From the NCBI GenBank assembly GCA_032718475.1, contig JAUCBJ010000491.1, forward strand, positions 55,950 to 119,949: a stretch of DNA of 64,000 nucleotides, read 5' to 3'. The notes beneath the pieces are model-generated. The model saw nothing but the letters and a program-made list of their open reading frames with translations, did not search any database and was not told where the DNA came from. Source of the stretch: Nemertoderma westbladi (taxonomy: Eukaryota > Animalia > Xenacoelomorpha). The position numbers and the translations under genes were made by a program. Below are positions 12,744-27,700 of the stretch, one piece after another (position 1 is the first letter of the stretch; each line of letters opens with the position of its first letter).

Positions 12744-15700
12744 CTAAAATAAATAAAATAGATAGACGGCTTCTGTTATGATAAATAAAACTAAAATTAA
12801 AAATAGTTTTTATAACAAAGGTATGCTGTGGAGAAGTTTTCAAACATAACTCGACTTCTAATAATTAGCACCTAATTAGGTGCTAGTTAATTAGCACCTT
12901 ATTTCAGTGAGTAAAGTATGAAACGAGCGTAAAGTGAAATACGGTTACTCTATATACTTACGCATCGTAAAGACAGAGGCATACATAAACGTAATCATAG
13001 TATATTGTGCTAATAATATTATAACAACAAAATATAATAATACTATTAATATTATTATATTATATTATATCTATATATTGTCATAAACAGTATATTAGAT
13101 TAGATTAAGATTATTTACAATGCTTGTACAAGCATACTAACTAACCTTTAGTCTCGTATTTAAGTTTTCAAATTCATCATCAATCTGCATTTCTCTATTT
13201 ATTAATTCAGTTTTCATGGCTTCTAAACAGGGAGAAAATTAAAACGATAAATAAATAAATCAAGTCACTCGTTATAGTGCTGTAACGTCTAGATTACCTC
13301 TAACAGCATATACAACATAGTTGTAGCGGTGTGTGCCGGATATCCGGCCGGGCCGGAATTCCGGCTGGATTTTGAGAAAAAAAATCCGGTTCCGGATCCC
13401 GCCGTAATTCAATTTTTTGAACGGATTTCCATTTCCGCGAATTGTTGACAAATTTAGAATTAATGTAAATTAAAAAAAAAACATCAAACAAATTTTCCTT
13501 TAAATTCAAACAAATTTAAACATAAGCAAATACAATGGAACACAATGCATTTTTTCTTAGTTTGTTTGTATCATATTCATTCATATTATGAATATAATAA
13601 AGTCTAAAGCAGAGCCTTTAAGACTATCTACATGCTGAGCCGGAGCTGAAGCGACTGACTACTTTTTGCCAACAATATTTGTATTTGGTTGGGCTCAGCC
13701 TCCTCACTAACATTTAATATAGTACACGTATGCTCATATATACTAATTATAACTAGTCAATAATTATTATATTGTCTCCGTGCGAAAACGTTGAAGTTAG
13801 ATTGTTATGTTATATTATATTATTATTTTCTCTGTGTCATTAGGACCTGAAACCTTTCCTCCTGTGAATGCGATCTTACCGGTATGTTTCCTGCGTCGAT
13901 AGGTCCCGTATCTGTCGACGCAGGACCTAACGGACCAAATGGCGCGGCACTCTCCCTCTGGCTCTGTTCATATATACAGGTAGAATTAGCTGATTCAGGA
14001 AAAAGTGATGATATATAAAAAAAAATCTGGCTTTGGCCGGAATTCCGGCCGGATTTTTTTTTACAAATCCGGCTCCGGTTCCGGCATGGCCGGTTTGAAA
14101 ATGGTCAATCCGGCACATCCATACATAGTTGTAACATTTGTTATGACATAATGTAACTATTATGTTATACCTATCTGTATAGGTAGTTGACCCTCCTGAA
14201 GACTCTTTAAACCGATAACTTCGGCGCGTTCTTTTACCAGAAGAGAATCACGATGGACAATCTCCAACCGCAATTCATCTACTTTCTGAAAAGTAACGGA
14301 CAGCCTGTTAATAAGAGTAAAAGAAAAGTTAAAGGATACCACTAGGTGTTGTACCAGCGTTCTTCCGAGGTCCGAGCCGTTTCAGTATATTGGGCCCCAT
14401 CACGTTAACCCTCTCAACCACTATGTCTTCTCACACATTGTGACTCATTTATCCCCCCTGCATTAGTTGATAAACTATTCATAAATTATGCATTATAGTT
14501 ATAGTTTGTTACAATTTACATTGATGCTTCTTTACTTTTCATAATGTTGATTATTATATTAAATATTTGGAAGACTTTCAAGTTCTAGAGATAATATTAT
14601 ATTTAGATATAATGCTTGGTAAATAATGTAGAACATTATTTTACTATATTCGAAAAATTAATTTTGTGAAAATTTTTTTTTTATAGTGAAATATGTTTCA
14701 CGTTATTTCTACTTGACGTTCCAACACTTCCAAATTAACGTTCTTTCTTGTGAAAACTACATTCTCAAGACAAGAAAATCTTGAAAGTTTGATTAGGGAA
14801 AATACCCCGATGTGGATAAGTAGAGCCAAATATACAGTTATTAAGGGGGGGGGGGGGGGGGGGGGTACACCCCCCCTCAGGTCAAAATTTTCGTTTTTTG
14901 TTTTTTTATTTCATCTAGAGTAGAATTTAATGCGGATTTCAAATCTGGAAACGGCTTAGCGAGATCTCTTTTACTTCTCGAGTAATGGTTGGTTTTCCGT
15001 CTGTATGTCTGTCTGTCTGTCCATCGAAATAATAAAAAGGGCATAAAATAAGCAATCTGAAATGTTTGCTGTTAGGAGTTTTCTTAATGTCGATGTTTGT
15101 TTTCATATTTGGAATTATCTAATCACTATGTCTGTATTTGTCTGTCTGTCTGTTTGTATGTCTGTCTGTCTGTCAACATCTCCGTCAAATTTTAATTAAT
15201 ATAAATTTAATAGATATTTGTGACATTACATATTGATATGTATTACATATTGAACAGTTGTCTAATGGACTTGTTGTCTACTAGTAATAACAAATGTGAA
15301 CAATCATATAACAATGGCTAGTAAAAATAATTCTGGGAAACAACCATAAACTTATTTTTTTTTAATTCCGCAGGCTCTAAGAATAATTCACGTGCTGCGC
15401 GAAGTTTTCATGTGCTACATGAACTTTTCATGTGCCGCGTGAAGGCTTCTCATTCTGATCAAAATAAAAAGCTTTCCGAGGTGCTCGATTAATTAACGTG
15501 CTTTGTGAAGAATTTAAGTGCTACGTGAAACCTTCACCTGCTGCGCAAATGTCTCACGTGCTGCGCGAAGGTTTCACGTGCTGCACAAAGCTTAATGTTC
15601 TGTGTAAAGGCTTATTATAAAATTATGTGGAAATTTTTATATAATTTTGAATGCTTCTTAAGGTTGTCTCATTATTCCATGACTATTTATTACTAAATGA

Positions 15701-18700
15701 CGAAATAGTATGCGGTCAAATTAATACGCCAAAATAAAATTTGTTCACGTGCTGCGCGAAGTGTTTTTTGGCAAGCACTCTAAAATTATTTTAACACGTT
15801 GTTAAAAGTGGGTAGGGGTTTTTTTGAACCAAATTTCATGAAATCCATTGAAAAATCACAAAATATGGACAGGGGATAACCAATGGGAAAAGAAAAGGAG
15901 ATACCAGTACTGAAAATAGCGGGAACATTTGAAATATATTGTTCTTAAACTTTAAATGCGTTTATCTCGGAATTGTATTTTTCACATTCAAAATACTACT
16001 ACTCAGCCATTTCTTAACCAATTTTCGAAATTTTTTTTTTGTTTGATTTCTTTTCGGGTTTTGATCAAAAGTTATCGGTTAGAATTTTGAATTGTGCCAT
16101 ATTAATTTCTTGAAATTAGTTAATATCTATTAAATAATAATTAATATTAGTTAATAATATTTAAAAAATATTTAAGACCTAAATAAAAAATGTAACCGAT
16201 AAGTTTTGTGGAGCCGAGGATGCTGATTCAGAAAAACCAAGTTTCGAAAATTTTCACCTAAAATTGTGAGACTAGTAGTGTTTTTAGTGAAATTAACAAT
16301 TTCGCTGGTGGCCGCTAGAGGGCGACGCAAATTTGCAAATTTTTTTTGAACCCAATCTTTGGTCATATGTTAATCCCCCGAAAGGTATAAAATATACAAA
16401 ACTACACACAAGCAGAAATTATAGCCATTTGCAAAAATGGTCCATAGGGGGGTGTACCCCCCCCCCCCCTTAATTAGGGGGGTGGTGGATTATTTCCCTC
16501 TCCCCTTACCTTTTCTGTACTATTGTCTCTGCTTCCCTCTTACCTTTTCTGTACTATTGTCTCTGCTTCCCTCTTACCTTTACTGTACTATTATCTCTGC
16601 TTCCCTCTTACCTTTTCTGTACTATTGTCTCTGCTTCCCTCTTACCTTTACTGTACTATTGTCTCTGCTTCCCTCTTACCTTTTCTGTACTATTGTCTCT
16701 GCTTCCCTCTTACCTTTTCTGTACTATTGTCTCTGCTTCCCTCTTACCTTTTCTGTACTATTGTCTCTGCTTCCCTCTTACCTTTTCTGTACTATTGTCT
16801 CTGCTTCCCTCTTACCTTTTCTGTACTATTGTCTCTGCTTCCCTCTTACCTTTTCGGTACTATTGTCTCTGCTTCCCTCTTACCTTTTCTGTACTATTGT
16901 CTCTGCTTCCCTCTTACCTTTTCTGTACTATTGTCTCTGCTTCCCTCTTACCTTTTCTGTACTATTGTCTCTGCTTCCCTCTTACCTTTTCTGTACTATT
17001 GTCTCTGCTTCCCTCTTACCTTTACTGTACTATTGTCACTGCTTCCCTCTTACCTTTACTGTACTATTGTCTCTGTTTCCCTCTTACCTTTTCTGTACTA
17101 TTGTCTCTGCTTCCCTCTTACCTTTTCTGTACTATTGTCTCTGCTTCCCTCTTACCTTTTCTGTACTATTGTCTCTGCTTCCCTCTTACCTTTTCTGTAC
17201 TATTGTCTCTGCTTCCCTCTTACCTTTTCTGTACTATTGTCTCTGCTTCCCTCTTACCTTTTCTGTACTATTGTCTCTGCTTCCCTCTTACCTTTTCTGT
17301 ACTATTGTCTCTGCTTCCCTCTTACCTTTTCTGTACTATTGTCTCTGCTTCCCTCTTACCTTTTCGGTACTATTGTCTCTGCTTCCCTCTTACCTTTTCT
17401 GTACTATTGTCTCTGCTTCCCTCTTACCTTTTCTGTACTATTGTCTCTGCTTCCCTCTTACCTTTTCTGTACTATTGTCTCTGCTTCCCTCTTACCTTTT
17501 CTGTACTATTGTCTCTGCTTCCCTCTTACCTTTACTGTACTATTGTCTCTGCTTCCCTCTTACCTTTACTGTACTATTGTCTCTGCTTCCCTCTTACCTT
17601 TTCTGTACTATTGTCTCTGCTTCCCTCTTACCTTTTCTGTACTATTGTCTCTGCTTCCCTCTTACCTTTACTGTACTATTGTCACTGCTTCCCTCTTACC
17701 TTTACTGTACTATTGTCTCTGCTTCCCTCTTACCTTTTCTGTACTATTGTCTCTGCTTCCCTCTTACCTTTTCTGTACTATTGTCTCTGCTTCCCTCTTA
17801 CCTTTTCTGTACTATTGTCTCTGCTTCCCTCTTACCTTTTCTGTACTATTGTCTCTGCTTCCCTCTTACCTTTTCTGTACTATTGTCTCTGCTTCCCTCT
17901 TACCTTTACTGTACTATTGTCTCTGCTTCCCTCTTACCTTTTCTGTACTATTGTCTCTGCTTCCCTCTTACCTTTTCTGTACTATTGTCTCTGCTTCCCT
18001 CTTACCTTTTCTGTACTATTGTCTCTGCTTCCCTCTTACCTTTTCTGTACTATTGTCTCTGCTTCCCTCTTACCTTTTCTGTACTATTGTCTCTGCTTCC
18101 CTCTTACCTTTTCTGTACTATTGTCTCTGCTTCCCTCTTACCTTTTCTGTACTATTGTCTCTGCTTCCCTCTTACCTTTTCTGTACTATTGTCTCTGCTT
18201 CCCTCTTACCTTTTCTGTACTATTGTCTCTGCTTCCCTCTTACCTTTACTGTACTATTGTCTCTGCTTCCCTCTTACCTTTTCTGTACTATTGTCTCTGC
18301 TTCCCTCTTACCTTTTCTGTACTATTGTCTCTGCTCCCCTCTTACCTTTTCTGTACTATTGTCTCTGCTTCCCTCTTACCTTTTCTGTACTATTGTCTCT
18401 GCTTCCCTCTTACCTTTTCTGTACTATTGTCTCTGCTTCCCTCTTACCTTTTCTGTACTATTGTCTCTGCTTCCCTCTTACCTTTTCTGTACTATTGTCT
18501 CTGCTTCCCTCTTACCTTTTCTGTACTATTGTCTCTGCTTCCCTCTTACCTTTTCTGTACTATTGTCTCTGCTTCCCTCTTACCCTTTCTGTACTATTGT
18601 CTCTGCTTCCCTCTTACCCTTTCTGTACTATTATCTCTGCTTCCCTCTTACCTTTTCTGTACTATTGTCTCTGCTTCCCTCTTACCTTTTCTGTACTATT

Positions 18701-21700
18701 GTCTCTGCTTCCCTCTTACCTTTTCTGTACTATTGTCTCTGCTTCCCTCTTACCTTTTCTGTACTATTGTCTCTGCTTCCCTCTTACCCTTTCTGTACTA
18801 TTGTCTCTGCTTCCCTCTTACCCTTTCTGTACTATTGTCTCTGCTTCCCTCTTACCTTTTCTGTACTATTGTCTCTGCTTCCCTCTTACCTTTTCTGTAC
18901 TATTGTCTCTGCTTCCCTCTTACCTTTTCTGTACTATTGTCTCTGCTTCCCTCTTACCTTTTCTGTACTATTGTCTCTGCTCCCCTCTTACCTTTTCTGT
19001 ACTATTGTCTCTGCTTCCCTCTTACCTTTTCTGTACTATTGTCTCTGCTTCCCTCTTACCTTTTCTGTACTATTGTCTCTGCTTCCCTCTTACCTTTTCT
19101 GTACTATTGTCTCTGCTTCCCTCTTACCCTTTCTGTACTATTGTCTCTGCTTCCCTCTTACCTTTTCTGTACTATTGTCTCTGCTTCCCTCTTACCTTTA
19201 CTGTACTATTGTCTCTGCTTCCCTCTTACCTTTTCTGTACTATTGTCTCTGCTTCCCTCTTACCTTTTCTGTACTATTGTCTCTGCTTCCCTCTTACCTT
19301 TACTGTACTATTGTCTCTGCTTCCCTCTTACCTTTACTGTACTATTGTCTCTGCTTCCCTCTTACCTTTTCTGTACTATTGTCTCTGCTTCCCTCTTACC
19401 TTTTCGGTACTATTGTCTCTGCTTCCCTCTTACCTTTACTGTACTATTGTCTCTGCTTCCCTCTTACCTTTTCGGTACTATTGTCTCTGCTTCCCTCTTA
19501 CCTTTTCTGTACTATTGTCTCTGCTTCCCTCTTACCTTTTCTGTACTATTGTCTCTGCTTCCCTCTTACCTTTTCTGTACTATTGTCTCTGCTTCCCTCT
19601 TACCCTTTCTGTACTATTGTCTCTGCTTCCCTCTTACCTTTTCTGTACTATTGTCTCTGCTTCCCTCTTACCTTTTCGGTACTATTGTCTCTGCTTCCCT
19701 CTTACCTTTTCGGTACTATTGTCTCTGCTTCCCTCTTACCTTTTCGGTACTATTGTCTCTGCTTCCCTCTTACCTTTTCGGTACTATTGTCTCTGCTTCC
19801 CTCTTACCTTTTCTGTACTATTGTCTCTGCTTCCCTCTTACCTTTTCGGTACTATTGTCTCTGCTTCCCTCTTACCTTTTCGGTACTATTGTCTCTGCTT
19901 CCCTCTTACCTTTACTGTACTATTGTCTCTGCTTCCCTCTTACCTTTTCGGTACTATTGTCTCTGCTTCCCTCTTACCTTTTCTGTACTATTGTCTCTGC
20001 TTCCCTCTTACCTTTTCGGTACTATTGTCTCTGCTTCCCTCTTACCCTTTCTGTACTATTATCTCTGCTTCCCTCTTACCTTTACTGTACTATTGTCTCT
20101 GCTTCCCTCTTACCTTTACTGTACTATTGTCTCTGCTTCCCTCTTACCTTTTCTGTACTATTGTCTCTGCTTCCCTCTTACCTTTACTGTACTATTGTTT
20201 CTGCTTCCCTCTTACCTTTTCTGTACTATTGTTTCTGCTTCCCTCTTACCTTTTCTGTACTATTGTTTCTGCTTCCCTCTTACCTTTTCGGTACTATTGT
20301 CTCTGCTTCCCTCTTACCTTTTCTGTACTATTGTCTCTGCTTCCCTCTTACCTTTTCGGTACTATTGTCTCTGCTTCCCTCTTACCCTTTCTGTACTATT
20401 ATCTCTGCTTCCCTCTTACCTTTACTGTACTATTGTCTCTGCTTCCCTCTTACCTTTACTGTACTATTGTCTCTGCTTCCCTCTTACCTTTTCTGTACTA
20501 TTGTCTCTGCTTCCCTCTTACCTTTACTGTACTATTGTTTCTGCTTCCCTCTTACCTTTACTGTACTATTGTTTCTGCTTCCCTCTTACCTTTTCTGTAC
20601 TATTGTTTCTGCTTCCCTCTTACCTTTTCTGTACTATTGTCTCTGCTTCCCTCTTACCTTTTCTGTACTATTATCTCTGCTTCCCTCTTACCTTTTCTGT
20701 ACTATTGTCTCTGCTTCCCTCTTACCTTTTCTGTACTATTGTCTCTGCTTCCCTCTTACCTTTTCTGTACTATTGTCTCTGCTTCCCTCTTACCTTTTCT
20801 GTACTATTGTCTCTGCTTCCCTCTTACCTTTTCTGTACTATTGTCTCTGCTTCCCTCTTACCTTTTCTGTACTATTGTCTCTGCTTCCCTCTTACCTTTT
20901 CTGTACTATTGTCTCTGCTTCCCTCTTACCTTTTCTGTACTATTTTCTCTGCTTCCCTCTTACCTTTTCTGTACTATTGTCTCTGCTTCCCTCTTACCTT
21001 TTCTGTACTATTGTCTCTGCTTCCCTCTTACCTTTTCTGTACTATTGTCTCTGCTTCCCTCTTACCTTTTCTGTACTATTGTCTCTGCTTCCCTCTTACC
21101 TTTTCTGTACTATTGTCTCTGCTTCCCTCTTACCTTTTCTGTACTATTGTCTCTGCTTCCCTCTTACCTTTTCTGTACTATTGTCTCTGCTTCCCTCTTA
21201 CCTTTACTGTACTATTGTCTCTGCTTCCCTCTTACCTTTTCTGTACTATTGTCTCTGCTTCCCTCTTACCTTTTCTGTACTATTGTCTCTGCTTCCCTCT
21301 TACCTTTTCTGTACTATTGTCTCTGCTTCCCTCTTACCCTTTCTGTACTATTGTCTCTGCTTCCCTCTTACCTTTTCTGTACTATTGTCTCTGCTTCCCT
21401 CTTACCTTTTCTGTACTATTGTCTCTGCTTCCCTCTTACCTTTTCTGTACTATTGTCTCTGCTTCCCTCTTACCTTTTCTGTAATATTATCTCTGCTTCC
21501 CTCTTACCTTTTCTGTACTATTATCTCTGCTTCCCTCTTACCTTTACTGTACTATTGTCTCTGCTTCCCTCTTACCTTTTCTGTACTATTGTCTCTGCTG
21601 TACTATTATCTCTGCTTCCCTCTTACCTTTTCTGTACTATTGTCTCTGCTTCCCTCTTACCTTTTCTGTACTATTGTCTCTGCTTCCCTCTTACTTTTTC

Positions 21701-24700
21701 TGTACTATTGTCTCTGCTTCCCTCTTACCCTTTCTGTACTATTATCTCTGCTTCCCTCTTACCTTTTCTGTACTATTATCTCTGCTTCCCTCTTACCTTT
21801 TCTGTACTATTATCTCTGCTTCCCTCTTACCTTTTCTGTACTATTATCTCTGCTTCCCTCTTACCTTTTCTGTACTATTGTCTCTGCTTCCTTCTTACCT
21901 TTTCTGTACTATTGTCTCTGCTTCCCTCTTACCTTTTCTGTACTATTGTCTCTGCTTCCCTCTTACCTTTTCTGTACTATTGTCTCTGCTTCCCTCTTAC
22001 CTTTACTGTACTATTGTCTCTGCTTCCCTCTTACCTTTACTGTACTATTGTCTCTGCTTCCCTCTTACCTTTACTGTACTATTGTCTCTGCTTCCCTCTT
22101 ACCTTTTCTGTACTATTGTCTCTGCTTCCCTCTTACCTTTTCGGTACTATTGTCTCTGCTTCCCTCTTACCCTTTCGGTACTATTATCTCTGCTTCCCTC
22201 TTACCCTTTCTGTACTATTATCTCTGCTTCCCTCTTACCTTTTCTGTACTATTGTCTCTGCTTCCCTCTTACCTTTACTGTACTATTGTCTCTGGTTCCC
22301 TCTTACCTTTACTGTACTATTGTCTCTGCTGCCCTCTTACCCTTTCTGTACTATTATCTCTGCTTCCCTCTTACCTTTTCTGTACTATTGTCTCTGCTTC
22401 CCTCTTACCTTTTCTGTACTATTGTCTCTGCTTCCCTCTTACCTTTTCTGTACTATTGTCTCTGCTTCCCTCTTACCTTTTCTGTACTATTGTCTCTGCT
22501 TCCCTCTTACCTTTTCTGTACTATTGTCTCTGCTTCCCTCTTACCTTTACTGTACTATTGTCTCTGCTTCCCTCTTACCTTTTCTGTACTATTGTCTCTG
22601 CTTCCCTCTTACCTTTTCGGTACTATTGTCTCTGCTTCCCTCTTACCCTTTCTGTACTATTATCTCTGCTTCCCTCTTACCCTTTCTGTACTATTATCTC
22701 TGCTTCCCTCTTACCCTTTCTGTACTATTATCTCTGCTTCCCTCTTACCTTTTCTGTACTATTGTCTCTGCTTCCCTCTTACCTTTTCTGTACTATTGTC
22801 TCTGCTTCCCTCTTACCTTTTCTGTACTATTGTCTCTGCTTCCCTCTTACCTTTTCTGTACTATTGTCTCTGCTTCCCTCTTACCTTTACTGTACTATTG
22901 TCTCTGCTTCCCTCTTACCTTTTCTGTACTATTGTCTCTGCTTCCCTCTTACCTTTTCTGTACTATTGTCTCTGCTTCCCTCTTACCTTTTCTGTACTAT
23001 TGTCTCTGCTTCCCTCTTACCTTTTCTGTACTATTGTCTCTGCTTCCCTCTTACCTTTTCTGTACTATTGTCTCTGCTTCCCTCTTACCTTTTCTGTACT
23101 ATTGTCTCTGCTTCCCTCTTACCTTTTCTGTACTATTGTCTCTGCTTCCCTCTTACCTTTTCTGTACTATTGTCTCTGCTTCCCTCTTACCTTTTCTGTA
23201 CTATTATCTCTGCTTCCCTCTTACCTTTTCTGTACTATTGTCTCTGCTTCCCTCTTACCTTTTCTGTACTATTGTCTCTGCTTCCCTCTTACCTTTTCGG
23301 TACTATTGTCTCTGCTTCCCTCTTACCTTTACTGTACTATTGTCTCTGCTTCCCTCTTACCTTTACTGTACTATTGTCTCTGCTTCCCTCTTACCTTTTC
23401 TGTACTATTGTCTCTGCTTCCCTCTTACCTTTACTGTACTATTGTCTCTGCTTCCCTCTTACCTTTTCGGTACTATTGCCTCTGCTTCCCTCTTACCTTT
23501 TCTGTACTATTGTCTCTGCTTCCCTCTTACCTTTTCTGTACTATTGTCTCTGCTTCCCTCTTACCTTTTCTGTACTATTGTCTCTGCTTCCCTCTTACCT
23601 TTTCGGTACTATTGTCTCTGCTTCCCTCTTACCTTTTCTGTACTATTGTCTCTGCTTCCCTCTTACCTTTTCTGTACTATTGTCTCTGCTTCCCTCTTAC
23701 CTTTTCGGTACTATTGTCTCTGCTTCCCTCTTACCTTTTCTGTACTATTGTCTCTGCTTCCCTCTTACCTTTACTGTACTATTGTCTCTGCTTCCCTCTT
23801 ACCTTTTCGGTACTATTGTCTCTGCTTCCCTCTTACCTTTTCTGTACTATTGTCTCTGCTTCCCTCTTACCTTTTCTGTACTATTGTCTCTGCTTCCCTC
23901 TTACCTTTTCTGTACTATTGTCTCTGCTTCCCTCTTACCTTTTCTGTACTATTGTCTCTGCTTCCCTCTTACCTTTTCTGTACTATTGTCTCTGCTTCCC
24001 TCTTACCTTTTCTGTACTATTGTCTCTGCTTCCCTCTTACCTTTTCTGTACTATATTGTCTCTGCTTCCCTCTTACCTTTTCTGTACTATTGTCTCTGCT
24101 TCCCTCTTACCTTTTCTGTACTATTGTCTCTGCTTCCCTCTTACCTTTACTGTACTATTGTCTCTGCTTCCCTCTTACCTTTACTGTACTATTGTCTCTG
24201 CTTCCCTCTTACCTTTTCTGTACTATTGTCTCTGCTTCCCTCTTACCTTTTCTGTACTATTGTCTCTGCTTCCCTCTTACCTTTTCTGTACTATTGTCTC
24301 TGCTTCCCTCTTACCTTTTCTGTACTATTGTCTCTGCTTCCCTCTTACCTTTTCTGTACTATTGTCTCTGCTTCCCTCTTACCTTTACTGTACTATTGTC
24401 TCTGCTTCCCTCTTACCTTTTCTGTACTATTGTCTCTGCTTCCCTCTTACCTTTTCTGTACTATTGTCTCTGCTTCCCTCTTACCCTTTCTGTACTATTG
24501 TCTCTGCTTCCCTCTTACCTTTACTGTACTATTGTCTCTGCTTCCCTCTTACCTTTTCTGTACTATTGTCTCTGCTTCCCTCTTACCTTTTCTGTACTAT
24601 TGTCTCTGCTTCCCTCTTACCTTTTCTGTACTATTGTCTCTGCTTCCCTCTTACCTTTTCTGTACTATTGTCTCTGCTATCCCGAAGACCTTTCATCTTC

Positions 24701-27700
24701 TCCAACTCTGCCTGGGTGGTTTCCAGCTCCAACTGAGTCTCTTGTAGAAGTCGACCTAAGTCTTCCATGTCCTTGGATAGATTGTAATCAGCTTCGTCTA
24801 AACGCATAGCCTAACAAATACAACATCATTCATAAAAGTTTATGACCTAAGAGGATATCGGTGCTACTGCGCAATGTAAAAAACTTTTTTTGTAAAAAAC
24901 GTAAAAATTTTCTACGTGATTATTTTTTCTCTTTCCATAAATAATTTTGACATCGGGGGTGTTTTGCATTGCACAAGCTGTATGTAAACAATACACATAA
25001 TGTGAGAATAATAATATAAGATAAATGATAATATGAGAATAATAAAGAATAATACATAATGTGACAAAACACCGTAAGTCTGTCAGTTACTGTAAGCGGA
25101 TCCAATTCCCTGTACTACCCAGCGGAAAATAGGGAAAGTGGCATTTTACCAATTACAATTGGCTAGGTGACATTACCAATATAATGTCACCTAACAACCA
25201 AAGAGGCAATATACATTGCCAGCCACAAAGAGAGATGAGAGGCTACACGCCATCTCAGGGGGACAAAGGAAGCTAGCACGTGGGTATCAGAGAACAGGGA
25301 GTGCCAAGGGAGGGAAGAATAGATTAGCCAATGGTGGGGCAGATTACCATCTGATTGGGATGCATCCATTGGCCAGGCCAAGTTCCAATATTCCATATGT
25401 GTTAGTAATATAACCGTTGCCTTTATTATCTGTTGTTCAGTTGGTTTGTGTAGAGTTGTGGAAGCAAGACAGTTTAGACCGTCGTCATTAACCGTGCTAT
25501 TATTGTATTCTGACATTACGAACAACTGCCACTAAAAACTCAGTTATTCTATCGGCCTCCGGCCTTTTAGATACCACAAGCCTTTCAGCAGCCAACGGAC
25601 GCGGCGACGCGTACTATCCCACAGCAAACACACCGGTCGGGATTCCCTCGCCAACTCGGGGATCCCGTCACAGTTACGGTGTGTTTACATTGTAGATTGA
25701 ATACAATAACATATTTTTTTTATAAAATATTAAATATAATTAATTAGAGATACTAAATTAATTACAACTAAATTGCCTTCTGTGAAACAATAACGTTTTC
25801 CGAGGTGTTTAATAATTTAAATTTAAGATAATTCATAAATAAAGGCAGACTGGGGTTGTGTACAGGAATTTTCTTACCATTAAATTATTTAATGTCATTA
25901 TTAACTAATAATACAAAAATCATAACCAGAGTGAGTTGTAGTCTCTGGAGTGAGCTATAGTACCAGAGTATGCTATATGGCATAATATTAATTAGTGTTA
26001 TCTTCATGCTATTATAAAACAATAAAAAAACAATATGTTAGGCCAGTTGACAATAATCAGTCAATTATCTATTCATATTGATAAGTTTTATAACTCAAAA
26101 ATCATCGAGAATGTCAGATAATATTTAGTAAATTTCGGAACCTTCGATGAAATAAGAGGTAGACTCAATCGGCGGGTTTCGCTTCTCCGCAGTTGGAGAG
26201 TCAAGTCGTCCAACTCAGTAGCTAACTCCTCGTTCTGTACGGATAATTCGTAATTGATTTGCTCCAAGTGAACCACTTTCTCCCTCAAAGCTGAATTCTA
26301 TAAAATACGAAAAAATAAAGGTAACTTACGAGTTGAGGAGCCAACAGTAGTTGGAGTATGCGCAGCTGGCACAACCCGGATTCGAACCCTGGATGTTGTA
26401 GCTGGAAGCACAGTGGCTAACAACTCCATCTCACAGTAGTATAGTAATACAAATAATAAATCGTACATATATTGGTGATCAATCGGTTATTGTAGTAAAA
26501 CTTGCGGTGCGGGATAACTTACGCAATCATGTGTATGATTGGAGAGACTGGCGTTGCTAGCCCGTGTTCCATCTTCTGGCTTTTCTCTCGATGACTCATC
26601 ACCGCTGTCTCCCATAGACATGGAACTCTCAGGTCGGCTATCCTTATCCCCGGTGTCCTGCAAACAATATATTATATGAAGCATACAGGGAAAATAAATC
26701 CTTCCTTTTATTTCTAACTACATAGAAGGATAACCTCACCCGCCCTACTGGTTGGCCCCACTCACTTTACCTAATCACGTCGCACATTCCACATCCACGC
26801 CCCCCCCCCCCTGCCCCCCTCCATGGCTCGCCCCACTCACCTCGTTCAAGGCCTCCCCAACTCCCACCTCCATGGCTCGCCCCAATGACCTCGTTCAAGG
26901 CCTCCCCACTCCCACCTCCATGGCTCGCCCCACTCACCTCGTTCAAGGCCTCCTCCACTCCCACCTCCCTGGGCTCCCCGAGTAGCTGCGCCAACCCCCC
27001 AGGGAATTCTCTCTGTTGAATGGCCGTCAAATCCTTGAAACGAACCAATGGGAGGCCGCCGTCCAATGAAAGCGCCCGTTGCGAGCGGCCTCGATGCCCG
27101 GTGAGTTTCTCGGTACTGCAACCATCCGCTGGGATGCGCTCCCTACTGGCTCGGATATCCGCGGACCAAGTCCGGATAAGGGAGGGAACAGCGCAGGAGT
27201 TACGGCGTTGCGAGGTCATCGACCCCGGGAGCAGTATCCCCGGCGTCAACGACCGCGGGGTTAGTGACCCCGGTATAACCCCACCCAGCACAGCTTGCAG
27301 TCTCTGGGACACGCGACAGTCCGCATTCCCGCTGTCGGACAGACTGGGTCCGGATTGAACTCTTGCGAGAGTCTTACTGCACTGGGCTGCTGCTCCTGGA
27401 ACCGACAACGCTACGCTAGGGTTCGTTTCGGTCTCGTACTTCTCAAGTTTGACCAGCGCGTGTTGCAACTGCGACAAAAGATCCTAGATAAATATAATAT
27501 TAAGCTTTATTAACGAATAGCAATAAATGTAAAAGCTATAAGCGAAATCAAAGTCAGTCAAATGCTGAAAAATCACAAAAAAACATATTGATAATTATTT
27601 TCCATTCGTAAATTTATACGATAAGTATAATAATAATAGTGTAGCCACAGTCCTGTGATAAAATGATTCGTCAGAAAATTTATCCAGTAGAAAAATATAA

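Noticed and set aside
1974-24677. AG|GT units as recursive splice sites
   Set aside because: The units are purine-rich on the transcribed strand with no polypyrimidine tract before the AG, so they are unlikely to act as acceptors.
16437-24809. 2790-, 2684-, 1653- and 1020-aa hydrophobic ORFs on the plus strand
   Set aside because: The 34-bp unit has no stop on this strand, so all three frames are open; antisense to the real gene and not credible proteins.
26360-26430. tRNA-like sequences here and at about 37425-37500, 41715-41780, 44800 and 61915-61995
   Set aside because: B-box-like motifs are present but the cloverleaf stems do not pair properly; treated as SINE heads or pseudogenes, not tRNA genes.
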